DNA from: a virus
Taxonomy: Duplodnaviria > Caudoviricetes
Strand: one strand, 5' to 3'
Virus record (IMG/VR): IMGVR_UViG_3300029309_000050
Location: 1 to 55,857 of that record
DNA length: 55,857 nucleotides
Shown: positions 54,686 to 55,857 of the stretch, in pieces
Numbering within the stretch: the first letter of the stretch is position 1
Layout of the letters: every line of letters starts with the position of its first letter
Notes under the pieces: model-generated
What the model was told of the DNA's origin: nothing
Database searches by the model: none
The model's input: the letters and a program-made list of their open reading frames with translations, nothing else
Made by a program: the position numbers and the translations under genes

Positions 54686-55857
54686 TTTTTATTTGTTTTT
54701 TAAGTTGTTCTATTTCTGTTTTTAATTCTTTAACTGCTTCAATTAAATATCCAGTAAGGTTACCGTAGGCAACACTTAATGTACCGTCATTATCAGTTAC
54801 TAATTCTGGTGCTATTTTTTGTATTTCTTGCGCTATAACACCACTACTATCTTTACCGGTATCTTTTCTAGTAAAGCTAACACCACGCATATTGTATACT
54901 TTAGAGCCGTCTAAAGTTTTGATATTTTCTTTTAATTTTATATCTGAAAAAGCTACAACATCACTTGACGCTAATACAGACCCTGTAACGTGAAGTTTTT
55001 GAGATGGCGATGTATTTCCAATACCTATATTTCCAGTGTTTGCAATAACTAAATTATTACTAACATTATTTGATCCAAAAGACATCTGACCGCTATCTCT
55101 ATTATATATAAAAGCATTTGTTCCTGATTTATTAATTAATAAAGCATCACCAGTTCCTGTACCGTTATCAGCATCTGAAAGATATATTTGTCCTGAGCTG
55201 CCGGCTTGACCTACAACATGAAGATTACCGCCTGGCGAAGTTGTTCCAATGCCTACTCGACCTGAACTATCAATAGTAAATCTATCATTTGTGCCTAATT
55301 GACTGTTATCTGATATTTTAAATTTATCGCTATCAGAAGCATCTATACCCATACAAAAAGTGTTACCACCATTCGTAACAAAACTCATACTTGCATCTCT
55401 TGTTGTTGAGCCTGTTTCTATTTTAAAAGTCGGAAAATCAGTATCTGCTGAACTTTTAATATGTAAAATATTTGTATCTACTAAACTTGTTCTACCAATA
55501 GCTACTCCGCCGCCAGATGTTATACGCATTCTTTCTGTATCTTCAGTAAATAATTGTATAGTTTTACCTGAATCTTCAGCGTTAAATTTTAAATCACCAT
55601 CAGTTTTTATTTCAGCAGTTCCACTGCCAACATTTCTAAGTAATATTGTTTTTGATTGGTTTGCTGCACTATCTAATCTTAATGTATTTCCTGTTCCAAA
55701 AATTTCTAATTTAGCACCAGGCGAGGTAGTTCCGATTCCTACGTTTCCTGACGAATCCAGTCGCATTCTTTCTGTACCACTTGTATAACTTCTTATTTGG
55801 CTAATACTTCCACTTCCCGCCCTAAGTTGTAATAAACCACCATTACCTGATTCATTG
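54669..55857 (-). CDS. Tail fibre, C-terminal part with S74 intramolecular chaperone (runs off right edge)
   Basis: Repeats ERMRxxSxGNVGIGTTSP; SDIKLKENI...GVIAQE...VAYGNL...LIEAVKEL; frame open to base 55857. Confidence 0.85.
   Translation of the reverse strand, partial: NESGNGGLLQLRAGSGSISQIRSYTSGTERMRLDSSGNVGIGTTSPGAKLEIFGTGNTLRLDSAANQSKTILLRNVGSGTAEIKTDGDLKFNAEDSGKTIQLFTEDTERMRITSGGGVAIGRTSLVDTNILHIKSSADTDFPTFKIETGSTTRDASMSFVTNGGNTFCMGIDASDSDKFKISDNSQLGTNDRFTIDSSGRVGIGTTSPGGNLHVVGQAGSSGQIYLSDADNGTGTGDALLINKSGTNAFIYNRDSGQMSFGSNNVSNNLVIANTGNIGIGNTSPSQKLHVTGSVLASSDVVAFSDIKLKENIKTLDGSKVYNMRGVSFTRKDTGKDSSGVIAQEIQKIAPELVTDNDGTLSVAYGNLTGYLIEAVKELKTEIEQLKKQIKNGNNL

Noticed and set aside
1392-55788. 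Numerous 60-155 aa antisense or nested ORFs in the track (e.g. 5099-5431, 24021-24341, 24767-25234, 36970-37317, 55360-55788)
   Set aside because: Shadows of well-supported genes, with atypical composition and no A-rich leaders
1-55857. Stop-codon reassignment as seen in some crAss-like phages
   Set aside because: Core genes are intact and densely packed under the standard code, and TAG and TGA both serve as real stops
54669-55857. Diversity-generating retroelement acting on the tail fibre
   Set aside because: No reverse transcriptase and no adenine-variant template repeat; repeats are ordinary protein-level fibre repeats
1-55857. Prophage or integrative element
   Set aside because: No integrase, repressor cassette or host genes recognised; groEL, thyA and nrdAB sit inside phage operons

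Overview
Almost the entire genome of an AT-rich, lytic, podovirus-like tailed phage. The host is most likely a marine Bacteroidota/Flavobacteriia species, inferred from A-rich translation starts without Shine-Dalgarno motifs and from gene content resembling Cellulophaga phi38:1/phi40:1-type and crAss-like virion modules. The window opens and closes inside tail-fibre sequence. The minus strand (1-7988 and 25599-55857) carries tail fibres, holin, GroEL/GroES, terminase, portal, scaffold, capsid, tail ring and muzzle proteins, ejection proteins including a 2131-aa giant, many small Lys-rich ORFs and an M15 endolysin. The plus strand (about 8330-25602) carries small early genes, then an HTH protein, a sigma70-like factor, ERF, an exonuclease, SSB, primase-helicase, ThyA, MazG-like proteins, a resolvase and class I RNR. 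No DNA polymerase, integrase or canonical tRNA was recognised. Main observations: (1) nine copies of a bipartite motif ACRRCTWAAYACG-N9-GGATAAT at early gene boundaries; (2) a sigma70 region-2-like segment, plus zincin and PD-(D/E)xK motifs, inside the giant ejection protein, suggesting a virion-delivered sigma factor for those promoters, with the free-standing sigma and a second motif serving later genes; (3) a cluster of structured non-coding elements, including two ~105-nt RNAs shaped like the tRNA-like domain of tmRNA; (4) three GACA-N33-TGTCAC inverted sites; (5) an operon encoding a beta-barrel, a CxxC-less thioredoxin fold, a CPYC micropeptide and the endolysin. All calls come from reading motifs by eye; no database searches were run.
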